From positions 1 through 64,000 of the forward strand of contig NZ_SBIV01000001.1 of the NCBI RefSeq assembly GCF_004765795.1: 64,000 bases of DNA, written 5' to 3'. Below are positions 7,881-16,166 of this stretch, in pieces. A program made the translations under genes and the position numbers. Within the stretch, counting starts at the first letter, position 1. Each line of letters begins with the position of its first letter. The notes below the pieces were generated by a model. That model worked only from the letters and a program-made list of their open reading frames with translations, did no database searches and was not told the origin of the DNA. This stretch comes from Halorussus marinus (GTDB lineage Archaea > Halobacteriota > Halobacteria > Halobacteriales > Haladaptataceae).

Positions 7881-8261
7881 CTCCCCTCGTTGCACTCGCT
7901 CCGTTTTTTCGCCGACATCACGCTCGCGCGATACCCGTCGTGTCCCTTCATTTCGTCACTCCGTGCTCCGCCCGTCGGACTGTCCGGCGACAGGCCGGCT
8001 ACGCATAGCGATTCGCGGAGCTTCGAGGCGCATCGCCGGGAGCGACGCCGTCGCACGTCGGACGGCTCAAGGGGCCGTTACCTGACCGACCCGCTACCAC
8101 TCGCGGCCAATACCCCCGTCGGGAGTGCCCGAAGCGGTGTTGGGAGTCTGATGCGCTCGGCGGCGTAAACGCGAGCGTACGAAATTCGAATCCGTACCGA
8201 CGCGGCGGAACGCTACGGACGGACTCGGTCGTTCAAAAGGACGGGGACCGAAGCGGTGGGT

Positions 8262-8600
8262 ATGATCGATTCGACCCGCGAGATCCTCGATTACGACCTC
8301 GACTCGGGGACCCTCCGGACCACGTACAGCTACCCGTCTCAGCCGCCCTCGATCGCGGTCCCGATCGCGCTCGGCGCGCTCACCCGGACGTCGCCGACCG
8401 AACTGACTCCGATGTACGAGGCCGCCGGCGTCGACCCCGACTCGCTCGATGACCTGTTTCGGCCCACGCCCGGCGGCGCCGAGCGGAACGCGACGGTGTC
8501 GTTCGACTATCGCGGCCACCGCGTCACGGTCAAAGGCTACGGGCGGGTCGTAATCCGAACCGACGACGCCGACTCCGGGGAGCGTGATCTCGGCTCGTGA
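8262..8600 (+). CDS. HalOD1 (halobacterial output domain 1) protein
   Basis: PSIAV..ALGAL....PTELTPMYE..VDPDSLDDLF...VSFDYRGHRVTV. Confidence 0.8.
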   Translation: MIDSTREILDYDLDSGTLRTTYSYPSQPPSIAVPIALGALTRTSPTELTPMYEAAGVDPDSLDDLFRPTPGGAERNATVSFDYRGHRVTVKGYGRVVIRTDDADSGERDLGS

Positions 8601-8651
8601 GCTCAGGGGAGCGTGACCCCGATCCGTGAGGTCCGGTTCGCGGCGCCGGCC

Positions 8652-8843
8652 TCAGAACTCCGCCCGGGAGATCCACTCGCGGGCGACCGCCACGAACCAC
8701 GCCATCCAGACGGCGAAGGCGCCGAGCCACGCCGCGTATCGAACGGGCGGACCGAGGGAGAGACACGACGCCGCGCCGATCAGTCCGGCGCCGACCGCCA
8801 GCGCGGCGAGGTCGCGAGAAGAGAGTCGGGAAAATCCGGTCAT
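8652..8843 (-). CDS. Small two-TM membrane protein
   Basis: 63 aa with two hydrophobic helices; same strand as the adjacent HalOD1 gene. Confidence 0.5.
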   Translation of the reverse strand: MTGFSRLSSRDLAALAVGAGLIGAASCLSLGPPVRYAAWLGAFAVWMAWFVAVAREWISRAEF

Positions 8844-8891
8844 GGCCGTCGGCTACGAGCCCGAGACACATCGTTCTCACGCCGCGCTCCG

Positions 8892-9221
8892 CTACGTCTG
8901 GACGACCACGCGGCCGCTCGAATGGACGATGACGGTGTAGACGTCGTAGGGGAACGACACCGAAACGTCGTCGCGTAGATCGCCGTACCGCCGGGGCTGA
9001 AACAGCAACTGGAGGGCGTCGCAGTCGACGACCGACGCGAGCGGCGTCATGTGGTCTGCGGGCTGGTCGGTGACCTCTGCGAGCGCGAGCGCGATTCCCG
9101 TGCACACCTCGCCCGAGAGCATGTAGTCGGTCAGGTCGAGCATGTAGGTCGAGCTCGTGTCGCCGTCGGCGGCCGCCACTTCGATCTGGACCGGATCGAT
9201 GTTCTCGTTCGGCATGTTCAT
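8892..9221 (-). CDS. HalOD1 protein
   Basis: IALALAEVTDQPADHMTPLASVVDCDALQLLF...VSFPYDVYTVIVHSSGRVVV. Confidence 0.8.
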   Translation of the reverse strand: MNMPNENIDPVQIEVAAADGDTSSTYMLDLTDYMLSGEVCTGIALALAEVTDQPADHMTPLASVVDCDALQLLFQPRRYGDLRDDVSVSFPYDVYTVIVHSSGRVVVQT

Positions 9222-9446
9222 CTCGTTGGTACGCGTTCTCAGGCTGGACCGTACATAGCCCTTCCGGTGGAAATAATCGGTGCCGGAATCTCAATCTCTC
9301 GCCACACCGAACGCGCCACGCGACCGAGGACCCGGCCGTCGCTCCCGGGTCGCGTTCGGATTCGCTTCCGAGCGCGACCCCCCGAAACGAAAGAACTCCT
9401 ACCATTTACTAGGTGATTTATACTGGTGTAGTTCTTCGCCCACCGT

Positions 9447-10949
9447 ATGTTCGGGCGTGGACCGGCGACCGGAGGCGATCCGCGCGGTCAGTCGGAGATC
9501 GTCGGTCTCGCGTTGCTGTTCGGGTTCACGCTGTTGACCGCCGTCGGGGTCGTTCTCGTCGGCGGGACCGCGATGGACGCTCTGGAGGGGTCGGCGTCCC
9601 TCCAGCAGGCCGAAAACAGCATGCGCGAGGCCGACGCTCGGCTGAGTCAGGTCGCGTTCAGCACGAACGACGCCCACACGATCGACTTCAGCGGACAGGC
9701 GGGCGACGTTCGGGTGACCGACAGCGGGAACGTGACGGTGACGGTCGTCAACGGCTCGGACACCTGCACCGCCCAGATCGGGTTCGGCTCGATAGAGTAC
9801 CAGAACCGGAACGGCGACCTCGTCACGTACCAGGCGGGCGGCGTCTGGAAGCGGGTCGACGGCGGGAGCGTGATGCTCTCGCCGCCGGACATGCAGTATC
9901 GAAACGGGACGTTCAGCTTCCAGTTGGTCAACGTCAGCGGGTCGGTCGAGGGACCGGTCGAGTCGCTCCGAGCCAACAGGAACGCCGAGGCGTCCCGGGA
10001 TCAGAGCGAACAGCTTCGGCGGACGTTCGGCGACCCGGCGTGCAATCCGCCCGACGAGGTCGTCGTCACCGTCGACAGCAAGTACTACCGCGCGTGGGGC
10101 GACTACTTCCGGGAGTACGTCGGCGGCAACGTCTCGACCGACCCCGCCGACGGCACCGCGTCGGTCGAACTGATCAGCGTCGGCTCCTCGGTGTCGATCT
10201 CTGGCGAGAACAACACCGTCGAGTCGTCGTCGGACTTCTCGGCGACCGTCGAGGTGCTGGGGACCGAACTGTCGGGGATCAGCGGCGATTCGATCCTGTA
10301 CGGGCCGACGACCTTCGACGTGACGGTGAACGGGACCGAACTCACTCCCTGGCCGGACGGCGACCCCGACGACGGACTCGCGGCCGACCCCGCCGAGGAC
10401 GACCTCAACGACCCGACGGCGGGCGAACAGTTCGTCTACGACCTGCGGAACCGCTCGTCGGGGACGACGATCACCGTCGGAGCCACCTCGTGGGAGTGTT
10501 CGTCGTGGTACTGGGAGGACACCGGGCAGGACCGCTACGTCGAGGGGTACGGCGACCTCGACCAGTACCGGTGTGGGGCGGTCACCGACGAGCGCATCGC
10601 CATCGACTCCGACTCGAACTCCGACAACCTCGTGTTGCTTCAGGACGGCGAGCGGGTGCCGGACTTCGGCGAGGCGGGCCCCGAGCAGCGAAACCTGACC
10701 GAGGTCCTCGGCGACCGGATCAACGACACGGGACACGTCCAACTGTCGGCCAACGAGGTCGTCTTCCTCTACGAACTGTCGAAAGCGGACGCAGACCCCG
10801 ACAACGCCGACGACGCCGACGACCCCGACTACAACGACGCGGTCGTGTTGCTGACCATCGAGGAGGACAACGGCGTCGAGGACCCCGAGAGCTTCGCGGT
10901 CCACGTCTCGACCAACCACGTCGAGGTCACGGCCGACTCCGAGAGCTAA
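9447..10949 (+). CDS. Large type IV pilin-like protein/adhesin, 500 aa
   Basis: Class III signal RG|QSEIVG followed by a hydrophobic helix; beta-rich acidic body with many N-x-S/T sequons; DPDYNDAVV near the C-terminus. Confidence 0.8.
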   Translation: MFGRGPATGGDPRGQSEIVGLALLFGFTLLTAVGVVLVGGTAMDALEGSASLQQAENSMREADARLSQVAFSTNDAHTIDFSGQAGDVRVTDSGNVTVTVVNGSDTCTAQIGFGSIEYQNRNGDLVTYQAGGVWKRVDGGSVMLSPPDMQYRNGTFSFQLVNVSGSVEGPVESLRANRNAEASRDQSEQLRRTFGDPACNPPDEVVVTVDSKYYRAWGDYFREYVGGNVSTDPADGTASVELISVGSSVSISGENNTVESSSDFSATVEVLGTELSGISGDSILYGPTTFDVTVNGTELTPWPDGDPDDGLAADPAEDDLNDPTAGEQFVYDLRNRSSGTTITVGATSWECSSWYWEDTGQDRYVEGYGDLDQYRCGAVTDERIAIDSDSNSDNLVLLQDGERVPDFGEAGPEQRNLTEVLGDRINDTGHVQLSANEVVFLYELSKADADPDNADDADDPDYNDAVVLLTIEEDNGVEDPESFAVHVSTNHVEVTADSES

Positions 10950-11680
10950 ACGCGGATCGCCACCGAGAGGACGGTCCGCCGAACGAACGCCCGGGCGGTC
11001 GTACACTCGTAGCGGTCGCCCGACCGGACCCACCCGTTGTCGGTGAGATACCGGTCCCACGCGTCGCGGTTCGCCGACGAGGCGACCTCGAACCGGACGA
11101 CCGTGTCCTCGTCGTCGGTCTGGGCCGTCGCGGTTCGCGGGAACACCGTCGACGCCTCGGCCCGCCGACCGACGACCACGACCGTCCCGTCGCTCGTCAC
11201 CGACGCGGTGTCGGCGGTCGGGCGGACCGAGACGGTCGAGACGAGCGCCCGGTCGTCCGAACACTCGAACGCGGGCCGTCTGACGAGTACGCTCCCGCCG
11301 TCGGCCTGCCGGAACACCGCGCCCGCCTCGTACCGGATCGCGGTGTCGTCGTACCGGTAGACGAGCGCGCCGACCCCGACGTCCTCGGTGACGACGTCGC
11401 CGTCGTGAGCGACCGTCACCCGGAACCCGGTCGTCTCGTTGATGCTCAGCGTGCCGCCGTTGAGTCGGACCTCGCCCGCACGACCGGGCGCGCGACCGCG
11501 GTGGACCGCCTCGAAGTTCTGGGCGAGCGCCGCGACGGCTCGCTCGGCGTTGTTGACCTGTTCGGCGTCCCGAACCCCTTCGAGCGACCCGATCCCCGAC
11601 CCGTAGAGGGCGCCGATCGAGACCACCACCACGGCGAACACGAGCACGAACCCGACGACGTTGCTGACGCCGCGGCTCAC
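10946..11680 (-). CDS. Type IV pilin-like protein
   Basis: GTG start MSRG|VSNVVGFVLVFAVVV; YEAGAVFR..DGGSVL resembles YQAGGVWK..DGGSVM of the 500-aa paralog. Confidence 0.8.
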   Translation of the reverse strand: MSRGVSNVVGFVLVFAVVVVSIGALYGSGIGSLEGVRDAEQVNNAERAVAALAQNFEAVHRGRAPGRAGEVRLNGGTLSINETTGFRVTVAHDGDVVTEDVGVGALVYRYDDTAIRYEAGAVFRQADGGSVLVRRPAFECSDDRALVSTVSVRPTADTASVTSDGTVVVVGRRAEASTVFPRTATAQTDDEDTVVRFEVASSANRDAWDRYLTDNGWVRSGDRYECTTARAFVRRTVLSVAIRV

Positions 11681-12138
11681 GCCGTCCCCTCCAGCGCGAG
11701 CGTTCCGTTCTCTGGCTCGTACGCCACGACGACGTCTCCGCCCGACACCGCGGTCGACCGGACCGGGGTCGCGTTCGCGAGCGTAATCGTCACGCTCGTC
11801 TCGGGGTTCGACGCGTTCAGCGCGAGACAGGGCGAGCGGTCGCACGGTCCCGATGGACCCGCCACTAGCGCGACCGTGTATCGGGCGCCGGCGAGTCGGG
11901 CGGGATGGGTCGTCCGGAGCCGAAGCTCCGCTTCGCGGTCGGCCACCAGTCGGTCGGCGCCTTCGAGTTCCGCCGCGAGTCGTTCGCCGACGACGCCGAG
12001 TTCGTTTCGCACCGCTCGCTCGCGCTGATCGGAGACGGCGCTCCCGGCGGCGATGACCAGCCCGCTCACCAGCACCGTCGTGACGGCGATGGCCATGGTG
12101 TACGTGACGGTGGTCGTGACGGCGCGTTCGTCGGTCAT
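11677..12138 (-). CDS. Type IV pilin-like protein
   Basis: MTDERA|VTTTVTY followed by a hydrophobic helix. Confidence 0.8.
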   Translation of the reverse strand: MTDERAVTTTVTYTMAIAVTTVLVSGLVIAAGSAVSDQRERAVRNELGVVGERLAAELEGADRLVADREAELRLRTTHPARLAGARYTVALVAGPSGPCDRSPCLALNASNPETSVTITLANATPVRSTAVSGGDVVVAYEPENGTLALEGTA

Positions 12139-13055
12139 GGGTTCTCGATCGTGAGGTTGGTCGTGGTTCTGTAGCGCAGTTCGGGGGTCGCGTACGTGAC
12201 GTTCACCGCGAGCGCGTCGACGGCGTAACTGCGGTACGGCGACGCCCACGGTGCGGCCGTCTCGACCGCGCCCAGCGAGGCGTCGGTCCCGTCGAGGACG
12301 AGTCGGTACCGGCCGGTCGCGTTGGTCGCGTTCGCGTAGCCGAGTTCGTATGGCTCGCTCACGCCCGCGCCGAACTCGAACTCACAGCCCTCGGCGGCGG
12401 TTCCGTTGACGAAGTCGACGTCGACGGCGCCGTCGGCGGGCGACACCGTGCAGGTCGACACCGAGCCGTCGGGCGCGACTCGGTCGAGGGCCACGTCGCT
12501 CCCGTCGGCGTGAATCCGCATCGTCCACTCGTCGCCGCCCGACGCGACCCGGACCCGGAACGCCTCCTCGTCGCTCGTCGCCAGCGACCCGGCGTCGACG
12601 CGCATCCGATAGCGCTGGACGGTCGCCGGGTCGGCGACGGTCCACTCGGCGTCGCCGTCCCGGTCGGTGAACGGCCTGCCGTCGTCGTCGTGACCGACGA
12701 CGAGTCCGACCGACTCGCGTCCGGCGACCCGCGTGCCGATCGACGCCGGCCGTCGGCGGGTGACCGACGTGCCGACCAGCGCGCCGTACCGAGCGACGGT
12801 CTCGTTGATCGCGTCCCTGACCGCGCCGGCGCTCGCATAGGTGGCGTTCCGGTTGGCCCGCCCGACGAGCCCGGGGATCTCGGCGACGACGGAGGCTTCG
12901 AGCGCCGCGGCGTCGGCGGTCGCGTCGAGCGCCTCGCGGTTCGTGACGTTCTGCGTGTACAGCACCGTATTGAGGACGACGACCAGCCCGACGACGGCGA
13001 TCGCCAGCACGACCGCACCGATCAAAAGGAGCTGTCCGCGGTCGTCGCTCACCAT
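12135..13055 (-). CDS. Type IV pilin-like protein
   Basis: DDRG|QLLLIGAVVLAI class III signal. Confidence 0.82.
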   Translation of the reverse strand: MVSDDRGQLLLIGAVVLAIAVVGLVVVLNTVLYTQNVTNREALDATADAAALEASVVAEIPGLVGRANRNATYASAGAVRDAINETVARYGALVGTSVTRRRPASIGTRVAGRESVGLVVGHDDDGRPFTDRDGDAEWTVADPATVQRYRMRVDAGSLATSDEEAFRVRVASGGDEWTMRIHADGSDVALDRVAPDGSVSTCTVSPADGAVDVDFVNGTAAEGCEFEFGAGVSEPYELGYANATNATGRYRLVLDGTDASLGAVETAAPWASPYRSYAVDALAVNVTYATPELRYRTTTNLTIENP

Positions 13056-13693
13056 ACGACGAGTCGCACCTCCACGACGTTGAACACGGGACCGGGGTCG
13101 GCGTCGGCCGCGTAGAAGTGGCGCTCGTCGTCGGCGTCGAGCTCCGCGAGCGTCCGCCCGTCGGCGTCCTCCGGGGCGGTGAGTCCCATGTCGTCGTAGA
13201 GGACGACGGTGTGGGTCGCGATCACCGCGTTGTCCGACGGGACGCCCCGGTAGACGACGCGCTCGGTCTCGGTCCGGCGGGGCGCCGAGGCGTTCCGGTA
13301 GTCGACGTAGAGGTTGTAGACGTACCCCTCCGAGGCGAACGTCTCGTTCGGCAGTTCGCCGAGACCGTCACACACCTCGGCTCGCCCCGGCGGGCCGCGG
13401 GTGCAGGGCGGGTCCGAGCCGTACCCGCGGTCCCGACTGTAGGCGTAGGCGAAGGTTCTGGAGGAGTTGTTCCAGTACCGAGCGAGCGGGCGGAGCTGGC
13501 GCTTCTCGGCCGCGACCGCGAGCGCGTCCTCGGCCTCTACGCGGAGCTGGGCCTTCACGTCCTGGTCGACCGTGCCCGCGGTCGTCGGCGTGAGGACGAC
13601 CGCCTGTAGCGCGAACAGCACCGCGGTCAGCACCACGATGCTTGCGACGATCCCCTCGAGCGCGAACGCCTGCCCGCGATCGTCGCCTACCAT
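13049..13693 (-). CDS. Type IV pilin-like protein
   Basis: DDRG|QAFALEG class III signal; ends FNVVEVRLVVW. Confidence 0.82.
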   Translation of the reverse strand: MVGDDRGQAFALEGIVASIVVLTAVLFALQAVVLTPTTAGTVDQDVKAQLRVEAEDALAVAAEKRQLRPLARYWNNSSRTFAYAYSRDRGYGSDPPCTRGPPGRAEVCDGLGELPNETFASEGYVYNLYVDYRNASAPRRTETERVVYRGVPSDNAVIATHTVVLYDDMGLTAPEDADGRTLAELDADDERHFYAADADPGPVFNVVEVRLVVW

Positions 13694-14130
13694 AGGTACA
13701 CCGTGAATCGGTAGGTCTCGTCGCGTATCGTGACGATTCTGGACGAGGCGGCGGCGGGCCGGTCGCCGAGCGCGCCACCGCCCCGGAGCGACTCCCCGTC
13801 GACGGTCGCCACCGACTCCGTCTCGGGATCGGTGACGGTGACGTTGATCCGGGTCGTCGCCGACAGCCCGTACGACGACCGGAGCGCGGTCTCGGTCCCG
13901 TTGGTCGCGTCGAATCGGTTCGCGGCCCGATCGGGGTCAAGCGCGTTGCCCCCGGTCGAGAGGTCCGCCAGCGCGGTCGCCGCGGTCCGGTCGGCCCGCG
14001 TCGTCAGCCCGTCGTCGATGGGCGCGTTGAACGGGGCGAAAAGCGACGGGATCAGCCCGAACGCGAACGCGACCGTGAGCACGAAGACGCTGACTCCGAG
14101 CGCGAAGTCGATGGTTGTCTGTCCTCTCAT
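13687..14130 (-). CDS. Type IV pilin-like protein
   Basis: MRG|QTTIDFALGVSVF at the 3' end of the 13687..16203 frame; ends VYLW. Confidence 0.82.
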   Translation of the reverse strand: MRGQTTIDFALGVSVFVLTVAFAFGLIPSLFAPFNAPIDDGLTTRADRTAATALADLSTGGNALDPDRAANRFDATNGTETALRSSYGLSATTRINVTVTDPETESVATVDGESLRGGGALGDRPAAASSRIVTIRDETYRFTVYLW

Positions 14131-14132
14131 GG

Positions 14133-16166
14133 TCAGATGAAGCTGAAGACGACGAGCGCGACCGTCGGGAGCGCGACCGCGAACTTCACGCCCGACAAGA
14201 GCGAGGCGTCGCGGATGTACCCCGCGATGAACCCCGAGAGGATCGCCTGAAGGGTGACGGCGTGGAAAAACAGCATCGACAGCAGGGTGCTGTCGACGCC
14301 CCCACCGAAGTCCATCCCGCCCGATCCGACGGCTTCCCCGCCGCTCGTGGCGGCCTGCCCGGAAAGACCGGTCATCACGTCGAGGAACTTCACTTTCAGG
14401 ATCGCCATCACCGCGAGCAGGGTGAGGTAGGTCATCACGATGATGACGACCTGCATCCGGGCGCGCGACCGGCGCTCGCGGTCGATGTCGTCTTGGTTCT
14501 CGCTGGCCTGGGCCGCGGTCGACAGCACCGCCGAGATCTGGCTCGAGGCCTCTTGGGACTTCGAGACGAGCTTGACCGTCCGGGCGAGCCGCGGGACGTG
14601 ATACCGGTTGTTGAACTCGATGAGCGCGGGCCTGAGCCCCATGCCGTACTCGACTTTGGCGTGGAGCACGTCGAACTCCTCGGCGAGCTTCCCCGAGGAG
14701 GTGTCGGCGACCGTCCGGATCGATTCGAGCAGGGTCAGCCCGGTGTCGTTCGCGCTCGATAGCTTCCGGAGGCTGTCCGAGAGCTTCGTGACGATCGCGC
14801 GTCGCGACCGGAGGTTCCACGAGTGGAACACCGCAAGCGGGAGGAAAATCACGTATATCGGGACGTACACGTAGACGAACGTCCCCCACACCGGGTTCTC
14901 TATCATCCCGTCGACGGTCCGGGGCGCCGCCCCCGACCAGACCGCGTTGCCCACGAGCACCAGCGCGGCCGGCACCGTGAGCCCCAGCGTGAAAAGCGGT
15001 CGGTCCCGAAAGAAGACGTGGGGTCGCTTGAGCAGCGACACCGTCTCGTGGGTTCCCTCCCGGCTCTTGATGCGGTCGAACACCGAAAACTCCCCGACGT
15101 AGCGCTCGATCAGCCCGAGGTGGAGCAGGCCGGCGCCGGTCCGGGCCGCGAGTCGGTCGCCGCCCGCCTCGGGGTCGAGGTAGCCGTCGCCGGGGTCGTC
15201 CTGCTTGACCGTCGAGACCAACACGAGGAAGCCGACGCCGGTCAGCGGGATCAGCCCGTAGACGGTCGCGTACAGCAGTCGCTCCTGGGCCTGCCCGAGC
15301 ATCGACATGATCACGAGGATGATGATGAGCAACAGCGGGAACAGCGAGAGGGTCATGTACATCTCCCCGAACAGTTCGAGGGTCTCGAGGGTCATCTCCT
15401 GTTCCTGCTTGGCGGTCCGCATGTGCTTGTCCTTCTTGTCGTCCAGGAACGCGCTCATGTCGCCGCCGGAGTTGACGATCGAGAGCATGTCGGTCAGAAA
15501 CTGCCCGAACTCGTCGCTCGGAGTCTCCAGCGAGCGCTTGCGGATGGCGGTCCGGTAGTCGGTGTCGAAGTACTCGGTCTCCTGGACGATCGACTGGAAC
15601 TCCCGGGCGACCTCGCCGTAGGTGTCGTCGGCTTTGGCCATCGCCTCCAGTATTTCGAGTTGATTCAGTCCGCCGACCGACAGCGCGTACATGAACGAGA
15701 CCGCGTCGGGCAGCAGCATGTTGATCTCGCGCTCGCGCTCGCCGGCCCGGTAGTAGGGGATCGCGGCGATCGTCCCGAACCCGGCTCCCATCCCGATCGC
15801 GCCGAAGACCAGCCCGCTTCCCGCGACCAGCGCCGGCACCTTCAGAGTCTCGACGAGCGCGAGCGCCGCGTCGTTCGGCACCGGCACGCCGATGAGGACG
15901 TCGACGCCGACGACGCCCGTGGCGAACAGCGCGTAGCCGACCAGCGTGCCGAGCACCCAGAGGACGCCCCCGAGGATCGCGCCGATCGCGAGCCCCCGCG
16001 AGAGGTACAGTTCGACGGTGTCGGCCATCCGGGCCTCCGCGAGCTTTCGCTCGACGTCGGCCACGAAGTCGCCCTCGGCGTCGAACAGGTAGTCGAACAC
16101 CGGGTAGAAGGCGTCGGCCAGCGCGTCGCCCGACCGGCGGGTCCCGGTCGCGGTGCCGTGGCTCAT
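14133..16166 (-). CDS. pilC: Type IV pilus membrane platform protein PilC (T2SS F family)
   Basis: Two GspF-like domains (LPDAVSFMYALS..; LSDSLRKLSSANDTG), multiple TM segments, LFFHAVTLQAILSGFIAG. Confidence 0.9.
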   Translation of the reverse strand: MSHGTATGTRRSGDALADAFYPVFDYLFDAEGDFVADVERKLAEARMADTVELYLSRGLAIGAILGGVLWVLGTLVGYALFATGVVGVDVLIGVPVPNDAALALVETLKVPALVAGSGLVFGAIGMGAGFGTIAAIPYYRAGEREREINMLLPDAVSFMYALSVGGLNQLEILEAMAKADDTYGEVAREFQSIVQETEYFDTDYRTAIRKRSLETPSDEFGQFLTDMLSIVNSGGDMSAFLDDKKDKHMRTAKQEQEMTLETLELFGEMYMTLSLFPLLLIIILVIMSMLGQAQERLLYATVYGLIPLTGVGFLVLVSTVKQDDPGDGYLDPEAGGDRLAARTGAGLLHLGLIERYVGEFSVFDRIKSREGTHETVSLLKRPHVFFRDRPLFTLGLTVPAALVLVGNAVWSGAAPRTVDGMIENPVWGTFVYVYVPIYVIFLPLAVFHSWNLRSRRAIVTKLSDSLRKLSSANDTGLTLLESIRTVADTSSGKLAEEFDVLHAKVEYGMGLRPALIEFNNRYHVPRLARTVKLVSKSQEASSQISAVLSTAAQASENQDDIDRERRSRARMQVVIIVMTYLTLLAVMAILKVKFLDVMTGLSGQAATSGGEAVGSGGMDFGGGVDSTLLSMLFFHAVTLQAILSGFIAGYIRDASLLSGVKFAVALPTVALVVFSFI

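Noticed and set aside
7790..8255. ORFs and a T-loop-like TTCGAATCC (~8185) after the integrase
   Set aside because: No cloverleaf and no credible protein; Arg/Ser-rich frames; treated as intergenic
9399..12028. Long ORFs 9399..11264 (-) and 9413..12028 (+)
   Set aside because: Arg/Gly-rich shadow frames of the GC-rich pilin genes
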